A stretch of 64,000 nt of DNA, taken from positions 224,001 through 288,000 of the forward strand of contig OY762964.1 in the NCBI GenBank assembly GCA_963667035.1, in the 5' to 3' direction. Below, piece after piece: positions 55,879 to 64,000 of the stretch. Source of the DNA: Candidatus Cloacimonadales bacterium (GTDB taxonomy: Bacteria; Cloacimonadota; Cloacimonadia; Cloacimonadales; JAFGVF01). The position numbers were made by a program, and so were the translations under genes. Under the pieces are notes generated by a model. It ran no database searches. It saw only the letters and a program-made list of their open reading frames with translations, and was not told the DNA's origin. Every line of letters begins with the position of its first letter. Positions within the stretch are counted from its first letter, which is position 1.

Positions 55879-58800
55879 CTATTGAAGGATTAATAAATCA
55901 ATCTCTGCCGGAGCCATGAGCTTGATGAATTGATTATAGCTCCTAATAAATGAGTTTTGCCAATTTATATCTTGGAATTGCTTAAAGCTTCTGATAGGAA
56001 TGTGTAATCCTACTTTGATGTTCCTTGAAGTTTTTTTATAGTAGATGTTCGAAAGCTTGTTTTGTATCTTTAATTTGATATAGTTACCTAACAAGTCTCT
56101 AGAGAATGGATAATCAAGGTTGAGGGTGAATTCAATCTTTATACTATTATTGATTAATCCTATTTCAAGCAGTTGCTTTCTAGAGGGTTTAAGTCTTTCC
56201 GTGTTCAAGTAAAGTTTCGCTATTGTGGGATTATCAAGATATTGAAGTTTTAGAGCTTCATTAGATTTTGACTGTACGAAACGCTTAAAGCTATGGAACT
56301 CCTCAAAACCAACAGGTAGTTTCCTTTGATAATTGTTTAATACGTTTTCTATGATAGGGATATAGTCTTCATTAAGCACCATAGTGCGGTCGGAATAGCT
56401 ATATTCTAACGGTGATTCTATCAGGTAGCTGGTGAAGTATCTGTTGCTGACGCTTATAAACTTCTGAGGAGTACGAAAAATCCCATGCTCTTCAAGAACA
56501 GAATTGATATTATTGAATGTCATCTCGTCTTCCTTTCTATGCATTAAAAGCATAGTTTGAAGGAATACATCAAAGCTGGAGATACGAGACTCTTCTAAAA
56601 TCATTCGTAACAAGTTTCCGGTGAGCGGTTGGATGTTTAAACTACTGACGTGTAAGTTATAGGAAATTATCTCAGGAAGAACCTCTCGCAATTTAGCTGA
56701 GTAGATAGCCTTGTAGTGATACGGAGCTGTTTTACCGAGTGAGAATTTAATCCCTTTATTGTTTAGAACTTCTTCACTAACTCCTCTTAAATGAATTGTC
56801 AGACGTTTAGGAGAAACAGTTATCCTAATAGTTTTTTGAACAGCTTTGAATAATGGGAAAGCTTTGATTGTGTAGAAATCTATGTGCGTACGATTCTCAT
56901 CGGTAACATAACGTAAGAACCAACCACGAAAGAAGATTCTTTCACTTATTTCTTTGTATAACTTATCATAAGACATTACAAAATGTCTTAAACTATCTTT
57001 TTGGGCATCCGTAAATGTGGAAATATGATGTTTCAAACTCAAGCTCTTGATTTGTAACAAATCTAATACAAACTGTTGAAGAGTGACAATACTCTCTTCT
57101 ACTTCATTCTTGTTAAAGGCTTTTCTTGCTTGAATCAGTATATACTTCCCTTCATCTTTGTTACACTTGACGAATGGGAAGTCGGAGAATTTATCTTTAT
57201 AACTATAGAAGCCATAATCATCAATTGCAAGTAGGTCCTTAGTCATTTTACTGAATCCGGAAGTACTAACTAAAATACACAATTGCTTTTTATCATTCAA
57301 ACAGAAATAAGCTTTCTTAAAAGGATAATTAAAATTATAGGGTAGGTCTCCATGGATTCTGTATATAGCAAGATTACCTTCAATAGAAATATCCGTGTTG
57401 GCAGAAAACAATCCCATAACTTTATCTGTAGCCTGTTTGCATAAGAAGAGAGGAATAACGGATTTAAGCATCCATCTGATGGAACGTCCTAATAATCCTT
57501 TGAACTTATCTGCATTGATATTGGGAGCGAAAGCATCTATCTTAGAATAATCAAAAGCATTGAGGTGATGTTTTAATGCTATTCTTTCAATGGGATATTC
57601 AGATTCATGGAAGTCACCTCTTAGATAGATGTTAACTTCATTTTTCCAATATTGAATTATAGCAAAAGGACAACTCAAGTCAGAAATGGCAAACATATCA
57701 AAGCCTTCACGATACGCCTTTTCTATTAGAGAAATTCCCATTCTGTCAGCAGTTTCAAGTATTAGACTCTTGATTACTTCAACTTTGACCTCTCTTTCCA
57801 TTTCCTCGATATTGTGTCCCTTCAAAGCAGGAACATCTTTATACTTTAACTTAATTAACTGAAGTTGTAAATTCTCTTCTTCGGCAAGAACAAGATCACT
57901 CCAAGCAGTTTGTAACAGTTGTCTGAACTCATAGATCGGGTTGTTGCGAACGAGAACCTTGTAACCACCATGGAATGTGCTATATACCTTGCCTTTGTAG
58001 TCATAATAGACTAATTCCCTAAATCTCATGTATTGAATACCTGCACTCTTGAGAACAAGTTCGAAAGTTATTTCCTCATTACTTCTTGGATTGAGATTTC
58101 CATGCCAGGTTTCACTACCGTTCTTGAGTTCTACTCCTTCCGGTAAGAATACGGTAAAATCTACATCTTTAGCTACTCCTAAACCGGAATTTCTGAGACT
58201 GACAGTGAGATTTATTGTTTCACCTATTCTTGCTTCATCCTGTTTATGACCGGAGCTGTCTAGTCCGTAGTCTAAACTAACCGACATGTTAACAACAGGG
58301 ATAATGCTAAATACGTCAGAGGGGTCAATTACTGTGCAGAATAGAGCTTCGGAATACTCAGTATTAGTCTTTATACCATCTTCATCCGGCATAGGTTTTA
58401 CGTTATTGCCTCTAACGTCTGTATAGCAATAGCTTAACCTTAAAGGTGGAAACTCATATTGCCCGCTTCGCTTGGGACTTATCTCGACTCTTGTTTTCCA
58501 AGTTCCGTTAGGCTCTAAATCAATATCCTCAAAGGCGATTGTATGATAGTCATCACTTGTGTTTTTTAAGATAAGTGTACGACCTTTATGAAAGTCAAAG
58601 TAAACAGGTAACTTAAGTTCGAAGTTCACATCTTCTGCGACTGTATCTCCATTGTTCTTGATGCTAATATCCAGATAGGTTTTATCTTCTTTAGTAATGA
58701 AGTCATCTATCAGCTTATACTTTACATGAATTGACGGAGCTACTTCTTGTAGAAGAGAGTCATCTTCAATAAGTAATCTTAAGTTGAAGAAATCTCTGGA

Positions 58801-59628
58801 TATTACATCAAATCCGGAGTCAAAGTCGTTTACTTCATCTCTAGCTATAGTAATAATCTCTCTATTATTCATGTATTGAATGATACCTTTCTTCCTGTTC
58901 ACGGTTTTGTAATAAGTATAGCCGAAGCTCCTTAAATCGTTTCCGCTTTTCGGTAGATTGATAAACATTGGGTAGAGAGACAGAAATCTTCCTGTTTTAA
59001 TTTCCATTAAGTAGGGTTTGAACAGTTCTAGGGCATTATTGGAATGAGATATTGTGGCTATGGTTATTGAACCGTTAAGGTAAGTCTTTACCCTGTAACT
59101 AATCCCCCCGGTTGTTGATAGAGTCTCTATCGGAACTACAATCTTATATCTTCTAAGAAAGTCACAACGCTCCAGCATTGCAGTTATAATTTCTTGTCTT
59201 CTATTCAGTTCCTTATTCAGCTCCGATTCATCTAAGATAAGCCCGCTATGAGCATCTTGGTTTCTAGCTGAAATATAGGAACTGACAAAATTCTCCCAAT
59301 CTGAATCCATATCATGATAAAGATTATAAATTTCAGGGACAAAGCTATTCTCTCCCAGTATCTCACTAATTGTTCTAGCAATCATATTCCATCTGCCAAG
59401 TGATATCTGAGAAAGGTCAATGCCCTTTGGAACAGGTAGTTTTTCAGAAGATGAGTTTAGACTCTTCTTGTGGAGTAATGAGTAATTACTAATAGAGATA
59501 ATAGAGAGGAATCTCAGCAATGTTTCTACACATAGTCTTTGATAATCTCTTCTTTGGATAGAATTTTCAAGGCTTTGTTTATATGGTAGATAAACAATTG
59601 CAGGATAATCAGAGAAGTCGTTATACAT
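55879..59628 (-). CDS. 1249-aa hypothetical protein: N-terminal HEPN-like domain, two CARDB/BatD-like Ig domains, unknown C-terminus
   Basis: Long intact ORF; SLGRW and RNQDAH motifs; two I.N.G...A.DV...L.P repeats; no signal peptide. Confidence 0.75.
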   Translation of the reverse strand: MYNDFSDYPAIVYLPYKQSLENSIQRRDYQRLCVETLLRFLSIISISNYSLLHKKSLNSSSEKLPVPKGIDLSQISLGRWNMIARTISEILGENSFVPEIYNLYHDMDSDWENFVSSYISARNQDAHSGLILDESELNKELNRRQEIITAMLERCDFLRRYKIVVPIETLSTTGGISYRVKTYLNGSITIATISHSNNALELFKPYLMEIKTGRFLSLYPMFINLPKSGNDLRSFGYTYYKTVNRKKGIIQYMNNREIITIARDEVNDFDSGFDVISRDFFNLRLLIEDDSLLQEVAPSIHVKYKLIDDFITKEDKTYLDISIKNNGDTVAEDVNFELKLPVYFDFHKGRTLILKNTSDDYHTIAFEDIDLEPNGTWKTRVEISPKRSGQYEFPPLRLSYCYTDVRGNNVKPMPDEDGIKTNTEYSEALFCTVIDPSDVFSIIPVVNMSVSLDYGLDSSGHKQDEARIGETINLTVSLRNSGLGVAKDVDFTVFLPEGVELKNGSETWHGNLNPRSNEEITFELVLKSAGIQYMRFRELVYYDYKGKVYSTFHGGYKVLVRNNPIYEFRQLLQTAWSDLVLAEEENLQLQLIKLKYKDVPALKGHNIEEMEREVKVEVIKSLILETADRMGISLIEKAYREGFDMFAISDLSCPFAIIQYWKNEVNIYLRGDFHESEYPIERIALKHHLNAFDYSKIDAFAPNINADKFKGLLGRSIRWMLKSVIPLFLCKQATDKVMGLFSANTDISIEGNLAIYRIHGDLPYNFNYPFKKAYFCLNDKKQLCILVSTSGFSKMTKDLLAIDDYGFYSYKDKFSDFPFVKCNKDEGKYILIQARKAFNKNEVEESIVTLQQFVLDLLQIKSLSLKHHISTFTDAQKDSLRHFVMSYDKLYKEISERIFFRGWFLRYVTDENRTHIDFYTIKAFPLFKAVQKTIRITVSPKRLTIHLRGVSEEVLNNKGIKFSLGKTAPYHYKAIYSAKLREVLPEIISYNLHVSSLNIQPLTGNLLRMILEESRISSFDVFLQTMLLMHRKEDEMTFNNINSVLEEHGIFRTPQKFISVSNRYFTSYLIESPLEYSYSDRTMVLNEDYIPIIENVLNNYQRKLPVGFEEFHSFKRFVQSKSNEALKLQYLDNPTIAKLYLNTERLKPSRKQLLEIGLINNSIKIEFTLNLDYPFSRDLLGNYIKLKIQNKLSNIYYKKTSRNIKVGLHIPIRSFKQFQDINWQNSFIRSYNQFIKLMAPAEIDLLILQ

Positions 59629-59629
59629 T

Positions 59630-60256
59630 TTAATCTGTATTAAGTACTGAATTCTTATCTTTAAATATCAGTTCCGAAGCATAATCATTATCATCAGCAA
59701 GTGCATCACTTAAACTAACTTCTTTCTGAGGAGTCTCAGTTTCCTGACTTTCTTTAAGCTTCTTCATTAACTCTCTTTGAGTATCTTCCGGAGTTTCCTC
59801 GTTTTCAGTATCACTGTTAGCAGGGGGGGGGGCAGGCTTTTCAATGTTAACAAATCTCTTCTTAAATGGAGAACCAAGACTTCCTTTTTGATATAGTCTA
59901 GCAAGTGAGAAGGCAATAATTATAACTAGTATACTTATTCCGATTATGTATAGAAGATTAAAGGAGATAAGAATCTTGTTTTCTTTTATATTTTCTTGAG
60001 GTTTAAAATTATGATTATTTGAATGGGGATAAGTATTATCGAAAGTATAGAGAATCTCTTTCTCATTAGCTTTGAGAGCTTTTCCATAGTTGAAAACAAC
60101 AGCTCTGGCTATACCGTAATCATGAAGAATCTGAAATCTATTGGATTCAATGTCTTCAAGATAATCAGTTCTAATCCTTGTAATATTATTAACATCATCA
60201 ATTGAGAGTCCGTTAGCTTCTCTAAGCTGCTTCAGAAATGTTCCGATTTTCTCCAT
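59630..60256 (-). CDS. RodZ-like HTH membrane protein
   Basis: IG.FLKQLRE...T.IR..YL..IE...F HTH, one TM, acidic tail. Confidence 0.8.
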   Translation of the reverse strand: MEKIGTFLKQLREANGLSIDDVNNITRIRTDYLEDIESNRFQILHDYGIARAVVFNYGKALKANEKEILYTFDNTYPHSNNHNFKPQENIKENKILISFNLLYIIGISILVIIIAFSLARLYQKGSLGSPFKKRFVNIEKPAPPPANSDTENEETPEDTQRELMKKLKESQETETPQKEVSLSDALADDNDYASELIFKDKNSVLNTD

Positions 60257-60260
60257 TTAA

Positions 60261-61052
60261 TCAACCGACCTTTTTGTAATAATATATCCCTTCGAATACA
60301 TAACAGACCCTTCCACAAAGATAATAATTGTCAATATCTTCTTTGTATTTAACGGTAACAGTACCACCCGGTAGTTCAACATAAACTTCATTATCAAGAA
60401 GACCTAACTTAATACCTATTGCGACTACGGCAGTTGCTCCGGTGCCACAAGCAAGGGTTGCTCCCGAGCCTCTTTCCCAAACTTTGACTGTTACTTGTGA
60501 CGGTGTAATGATATTCACAAACTCTATGTTCTGACTTTTAGAATAGATATTGGGTAAGTCCTCCATAGTTGGTGCTACAGTTTTGAAAGTCTCTTTATCA
60601 ATTCCTTGGAAGACTACAAAATGAGGATTACCAACATTTACTGAGTATCCTTCAAAGCCATTAAGGGATATAGGTCTTTCCATGCATGTTGCCGTACCCA
60701 TGTTGACTTCAACTTCATCATTGAGTATGATGTTGCCATGTCTCAGCCCTGCTTTTGTTTCAACAGTAATTGTTTTCAATTCATTCTGCTTGCATAAATA
60801 GTAGACTAAAGAGCGAAGAGCAGAGCCACACATTTCGGCTTCACTTCCGTCAGAGTTGAATATCCTCATTTTTGTATCGGCAATCTCAGACTTTTCATAA
60901 GTAACTAATCCGTCACTGCCTATACCGAAGTTTTTCTTAGAAATCTCTATGCTTAAATCATGCAATTCATTATCACTCAAGGAGAGTTCGGTTTGATTAA
61001 TGTAAACATAATCATTACCTTGAGCATGCATCTTAAAGAAAGGTATTTTCAT
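60261..61052 (-). CDS. dapF: Diaminopimelate epimerase
   Basis: KMHAQGNDY, GIGSDG, NSDGSEAEMCG, VGNPH, ERGSG.TLACGTGA. Confidence 0.96.
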   Translation of the reverse strand: MKIPFFKMHAQGNDYVYINQTELSLSDNELHDLSIEISKKNFGIGSDGLVTYEKSEIADTKMRIFNSDGSEAEMCGSALRSLVYYLCKQNELKTITVETKAGLRHGNIILNDEVEVNMGTATCMERPISLNGFEGYSVNVGNPHFVVFQGIDKETFKTVAPTMEDLPNIYSKSQNIEFVNIITPSQVTVKVWERGSGATLACGTGATAVVAIGIKLGLLDNEVYVELPGGTVTVKYKEDIDNYYLCGRVCYVFEGIYYYKKVG

Positions 61053-61802
61053 CTACTCTCCAATAATCTCGGTAAACACTTCTTGGAAGTTGAACAATCC
61101 GGTTTTACCTTCTATCCATTTTGTGGCTAATAATGTCCCTGAAGCTAATCCCTTTCTATTTCTGATTGAATGACTAAGAGTTATTACGTCAGCCTCGGAA
61201 TCAAACATTATTGTATGCTCTCCCATATTATGACCGGCTCTTATACTGGCAAAATGGAGTTCTTCTTCTTTAATCTTTCTGTCTACTCTGTCGTATTGTT
61301 CAACCTTTTTATCCGAGATGTTTTCTAGGATTATTTCTGTAAGTTTTTTTGCTGTTCCCGACGGGCTATCGAGTTTCTGTCTATGATGTATCTCAAGACC
61401 CGATACATCGTAGCCTTTGACACTAGAGAACTTCTTAGCTGTATCCTCAATAATCTTAAAGAAGAGGTTCATACCAACGCTATAGTTGGAACTGTAGATA
61501 ATCCCGACATTGTATGATTCGGTTATATTCTTTAGCTCTTCCAGATGTAGCTCCAGACCTGTAGTACCAATAACAACAGATTTACCTAGCATTGCGACTT
61601 TCTTACAGTTGTATAGAACAGAAGCAGGGGTGGTATATTCAACACAGATGTCACAATCTTTTAATGAGTTCTCGTTAATCTCTTCAAAACAACCTTTAAC
61701 GAAAGGATCAATGATTGAAACAATTTCCATATCATATTCAGGAGCCATTTGTTTCAGCATCTTTCCCATCTTACCATATCCAATTAATGCAATCTTAATC
61801 AT
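61053..61802 (-). CDS. dapB: 4-hydroxy-tetrahydrodipicolinate reductase
   Basis: IGYGKMG, VIGTTG, NYSVG, EIHH..KLDSPSGTA. Confidence 0.95.
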   Translation of the reverse strand: MIKIALIGYGKMGKMLKQMAPEYDMEIVSIIDPFVKGCFEEINENSLKDCDICVEYTTPASVLYNCKKVAMLGKSVVIGTTGLELHLEELKNITESYNVGIIYSSNYSVGMNLFFKIIEDTAKKFSSVKGYDVSGLEIHHRQKLDSPSGTAKKLTEIILENISDKKVEQYDRVDRKIKEEELHFASIRAGHNMGEHTIMFDSEADVITLSHSIRNRKGLASGTLLATKWIEGKTGLFNFQEVFTEIIGE

Positions 61803-62922
61803 ATACACCTCTACTGTTAACATACAGATTTATGAATTCTTCAATCCACACAGTTCCCATTTCCAAATCCCTTACTCTGATTTGCTCTTCACAAGTGTGA
61901 ACTTTATCCATTCCTGTTCCTATAACGGCAACTTTGATTCCATCTTTATTTAAAACGTTTGCATCACTTCCGCCTCCGGCTTTAGTGAATACAGGCTCAA
62001 CACCAATTTCTCTAAAAGCTTCTGCAGCTATTTGAAGATATGGTAACTCCGGATTGAGACTGAAAGAATGATACTCTCGTGAGGAATCAACTTTTAATCC
62101 GGAATCGGTACTGTTGTTCACTGCAGTTTGAGCATTAAGGAAGAGTTCTCTGGTATAACTTTCAAGCTTCTCTTCGGAATGAGATCTGACTTCACCAGTT
62201 ACAATAACACTATCAGGAACAATATTATTGGCTTGTCCTCCATAGATGACACCAAGATTTGCTGTAGTCTCTTCGTCAATACGACCTAGCTTCATGTCTT
62301 TAACTGCCTCGGCAGTTACTTTAATAGCATTTACACCCTTTTCCGGTTCAAAGCCTGCATGAGCTTTTCTGCCTGTAAATTCAATCTGTATTGTATTCTG
62401 GGCAGGAGCAGCTATCACAATATCGCCTATTTTCATTGAATCCAATGCAAATCCCTGCTTAGATTTCAGTACTGAGTTATCGAAATGCTTTGCACCTAAC
62501 AAGCCAATCTCTTCACATGAAGTGAACAGCATTTCGATAGGTGGAAGAGGGACGTTATTTTCCTTGAGCTTTTTCAGAGCAAAGAGTAACTGAGCAATAC
62601 CCGATTTGTCATCACTTCCAAGAATTGTGTTGCCTTTACTTCTGATGATACCGTCTTCGATTATTGGCTCTATATCAATTCCGGGTTTAACAGTATCAAG
62701 ATGACAGCAGAAAAGAATTGGTTCAAGTTCAATATCACCGGGGAAAGAGGCAAATATATTACCACTTCCGTCTTTTTCTCCAATACTGAAACCATCAATC
62801 TCTATCTTAGCTCCCAGTTCTAGTAACTCATCGGTTATAAAAGCAGCAAACTCCTTTTCATGTCCTGATTCACTATTTATTCTAACCATTTGGATGAAAT
62901 AATCTACAATGTTATCTTTCAT
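61795..62922 (-). CDS. M20 family metallopeptidase (peptidase T-like)
   Basis: HLDTV, LGSDDKSG, EEIGL.GA, GGGSDAN, VHT.EE. Confidence 0.92.
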   Translation of the reverse strand: MKDNIVDYFIQMVRINSESGHEKEFAAFITDELLELGAKIEIDGFSIGEKDGSGNIFASFPGDIELEPILFCCHLDTVKPGIDIEPIIEDGIIRSKGNTILGSDDKSGIAQLLFALKKLKENNVPLPPIEMLFTSCEEIGLLGAKHFDNSVLKSKQGFALDSMKIGDIVIAAPAQNTIQIEFTGRKAHAGFEPEKGVNAIKVTAEAVKDMKLGRIDEETTANLGVIYGGQANNIVPDSVIVTGEVRSHSEEKLESYTRELFLNAQTAVNNSTDSGLKVDSSREYHSFSLNPELPYLQIAAEAFREIGVEPVFTKAGGGSDANVLNKDGIKVAVIGTGMDKVHTCEEQIRVRDLEMGTVWIEEFINLYVNSRGVYD

Positions 62923-63593
62923 ATCAATCTCGTTTTATATGGGATAGGGTCTTCCACTCCTGCTTTTTTAAAAGCTCTTAATCTTAGAACACAGCTATCA
63001 CAGGTCCCGCAGGCTTCATCTTCACTTCTGTAACAGCTCCAACTCAACTCAAAGGGAGCTCCTAAATCCTGACCGATTTTGATTATATCAGACTTGTTCT
63101 TATGTATTATCGGAGTTTTGATACTTATTGGGAACTCATTCTTTGTCCCTTGTCTGATAGTCTCGTTAAAGCTTTTATAGAAGCTCTCGCGGCAATCAGG
63201 ATAGCCGGAGCTATCTTCTTCTACGGCTCCGATGTATATTGATTGAGCTCCGATAACTTCCGCCCAACTGACAGCAATACATATTAGATGAGCATTTCTA
63301 AAGGGAACATACGTATTGGGAATGCTTTCATCACCGTTAAAGTCATGAATCTCCATGCTATCGTCCGTTAGGCTTGAACCACCTATTTTAGTTAGATAAT
63401 CTATACCGGTGACTAAAGTGTCTGCCGGTTGGTAATGGTCAACTATTCTACTAAAGCATTCAAGCTCTTTATGTTCTGTCTTTTGACCATAGTTTACGTG
63501 AAGAAGGTATATTTGGTTATTCTCTTGTTTGGCTATTGCCGTAGTTACGAGACTATCCAAACCACCACTTGTGAGTACTATTGCTTTTTTCAT
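62919..63593 (-). CDS. queC: 7-cyano-7-deazaguanine synthase
   Basis: SGGLDS, YGQ, TYVPFRN, GYPDCR, WSCY...CG.CDSC..R. Confidence 0.95.
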   Translation of the reverse strand: MKKAIVLTSGGLDSLVTTAIAKQENNQIYLLHVNYGQKTEHKELECFSRIVDHYQPADTLVTGIDYLTKIGGSSLTDDSMEIHDFNGDESIPNTYVPFRNAHLICIAVSWAEVIGAQSIYIGAVEEDSSGYPDCRESFYKSFNETIRQGTKNEFPISIKTPIIHKNKSDIIKIGQDLGAPFELSWSCYRSEDEACGTCDSCVLRLRAFKKAGVEDPIPYKTRLI

Positions 63594-63594
63594 T

Positions 63595-64000
63595 TTACCA
63601 CCATAACTCAGGATTATACTTGCTTTCAAGTTCATCCTCAAACTTGTTAGGAAGTCGTTCAAAGAAATCAATTCCTGTTAGTCTCTCGACTTCATCGACA
63701 CTCATAGAATAAGCTTTCAGAGCTTTTTCTCCTTTCTTATTAGGGATTACAAGTCCAATAGCTTTAATCTCAGGTTCCTGTATATCAAGGATAACTTTAT
63801 AGTAACTATCTGGGACAGTAACTTTGTTATCTCCAATAGTTTTCTTAAGTTCATCAGTTAAGATCGGACCGGTAACAATAAACAGCTTACTATCTTTATC
63901 CGCCCATTTTCTAACTTGTAACTCCAAATCCTTCCATATTCCCCTGTTAAAGCGGGGTTTCTGGGGACTCATATTGCTCATGAAGAAAGATTCACTCATT
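63595..64000 (-). CDS. DNA/RNA non-specific endonuclease, C-terminal part (truncated by window edge)
   Basis: ESF.MSNMSPQ...FNRGIW..LE; VTVP..YYKV; SVDEVERLTGIDFF. Confidence 0.9.
   Translation of the reverse strand, partial: MSESFFMSNMSPQKPRFNRGIWKDLELQVRKWADKDSKLFIVTGPILTDELKKTIGDNKVTVPDSYYKVILDIQEPEIKAIGLVIPNKKGEKALKAYSMSVDEVERLTGIDFFERLPNKFEDELESKYNPELWW

Noticed and set aside
59823..59832. G10 tract as a phase-variation switch in the RodZ-like gene
   Set aside because: In frame, encodes a Pro-rich linker with protein-like sequence downstream; no evidence of variation from one sequence
536..63650. Numerous antisense or nested ORFs in the track (e.g. 1058-1729 -, 23262-23705 -, 61510-61953 +)
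   Set aside because: Shadows of well-supported genes on other frames
1..64000. CRISPR array, tRNA, rRNA, transposase/integrase, reverse transcriptase
   Set aside because: No regularly spaced repeats, cloverleafs or corresponding protein motifs seen by eye

Overview
AT-rich bacterial chromosome segment, most consistent with an FCB-group diderm and probably Ca. Cloacimonadota. This assignment is an inference from the FlgD-Ig/'NYPNPFNP...IYNIKGQ' C-terminal domains, lpxK and gene order. The + strand carries the end of the spc/alpha ribosomal operons (rpsH to rplQ) and a small accessory region (frameshifted GLUG-repeat surface protein, orphan gene between direct repeats). It continues with pta/aminotransferase/PfkB/purM/lipoate ligase and a 12-kb envelope operon (TonB-dependent receptor, ExbB, 2x ExbD, TonB, CTD cargo, PorV/PorQ-like barrel, second CTD protein). 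After that come tdk-yggT-divIVA-pnp-dksA-lspA, a second cargo/barrel pair, lemA, lpxK, a CBM9-like protein and mtaD. The - strand carries a nuclease fragment, queC, an M20 peptidase, dapB, dapF, a RodZ-like gene, a 1249-aa orphan with a HEPN-like RxxxxH motif, pdxK, a HAD hydrolase and Nif3. It ends with L20 leader-infC(ATT/ATA start)-rpmI-rplT-pheS-pheT-zapB-zapA-6S RNA-rny-folD and a large lipoprotein. Best leads are the TonB/PorV-like/CTD envelope system, the HEPN-Ig orphan, and structured intergenic elements with 11-bp periodic motifs. All calls come from reading motifs by eye; no database searches were run.
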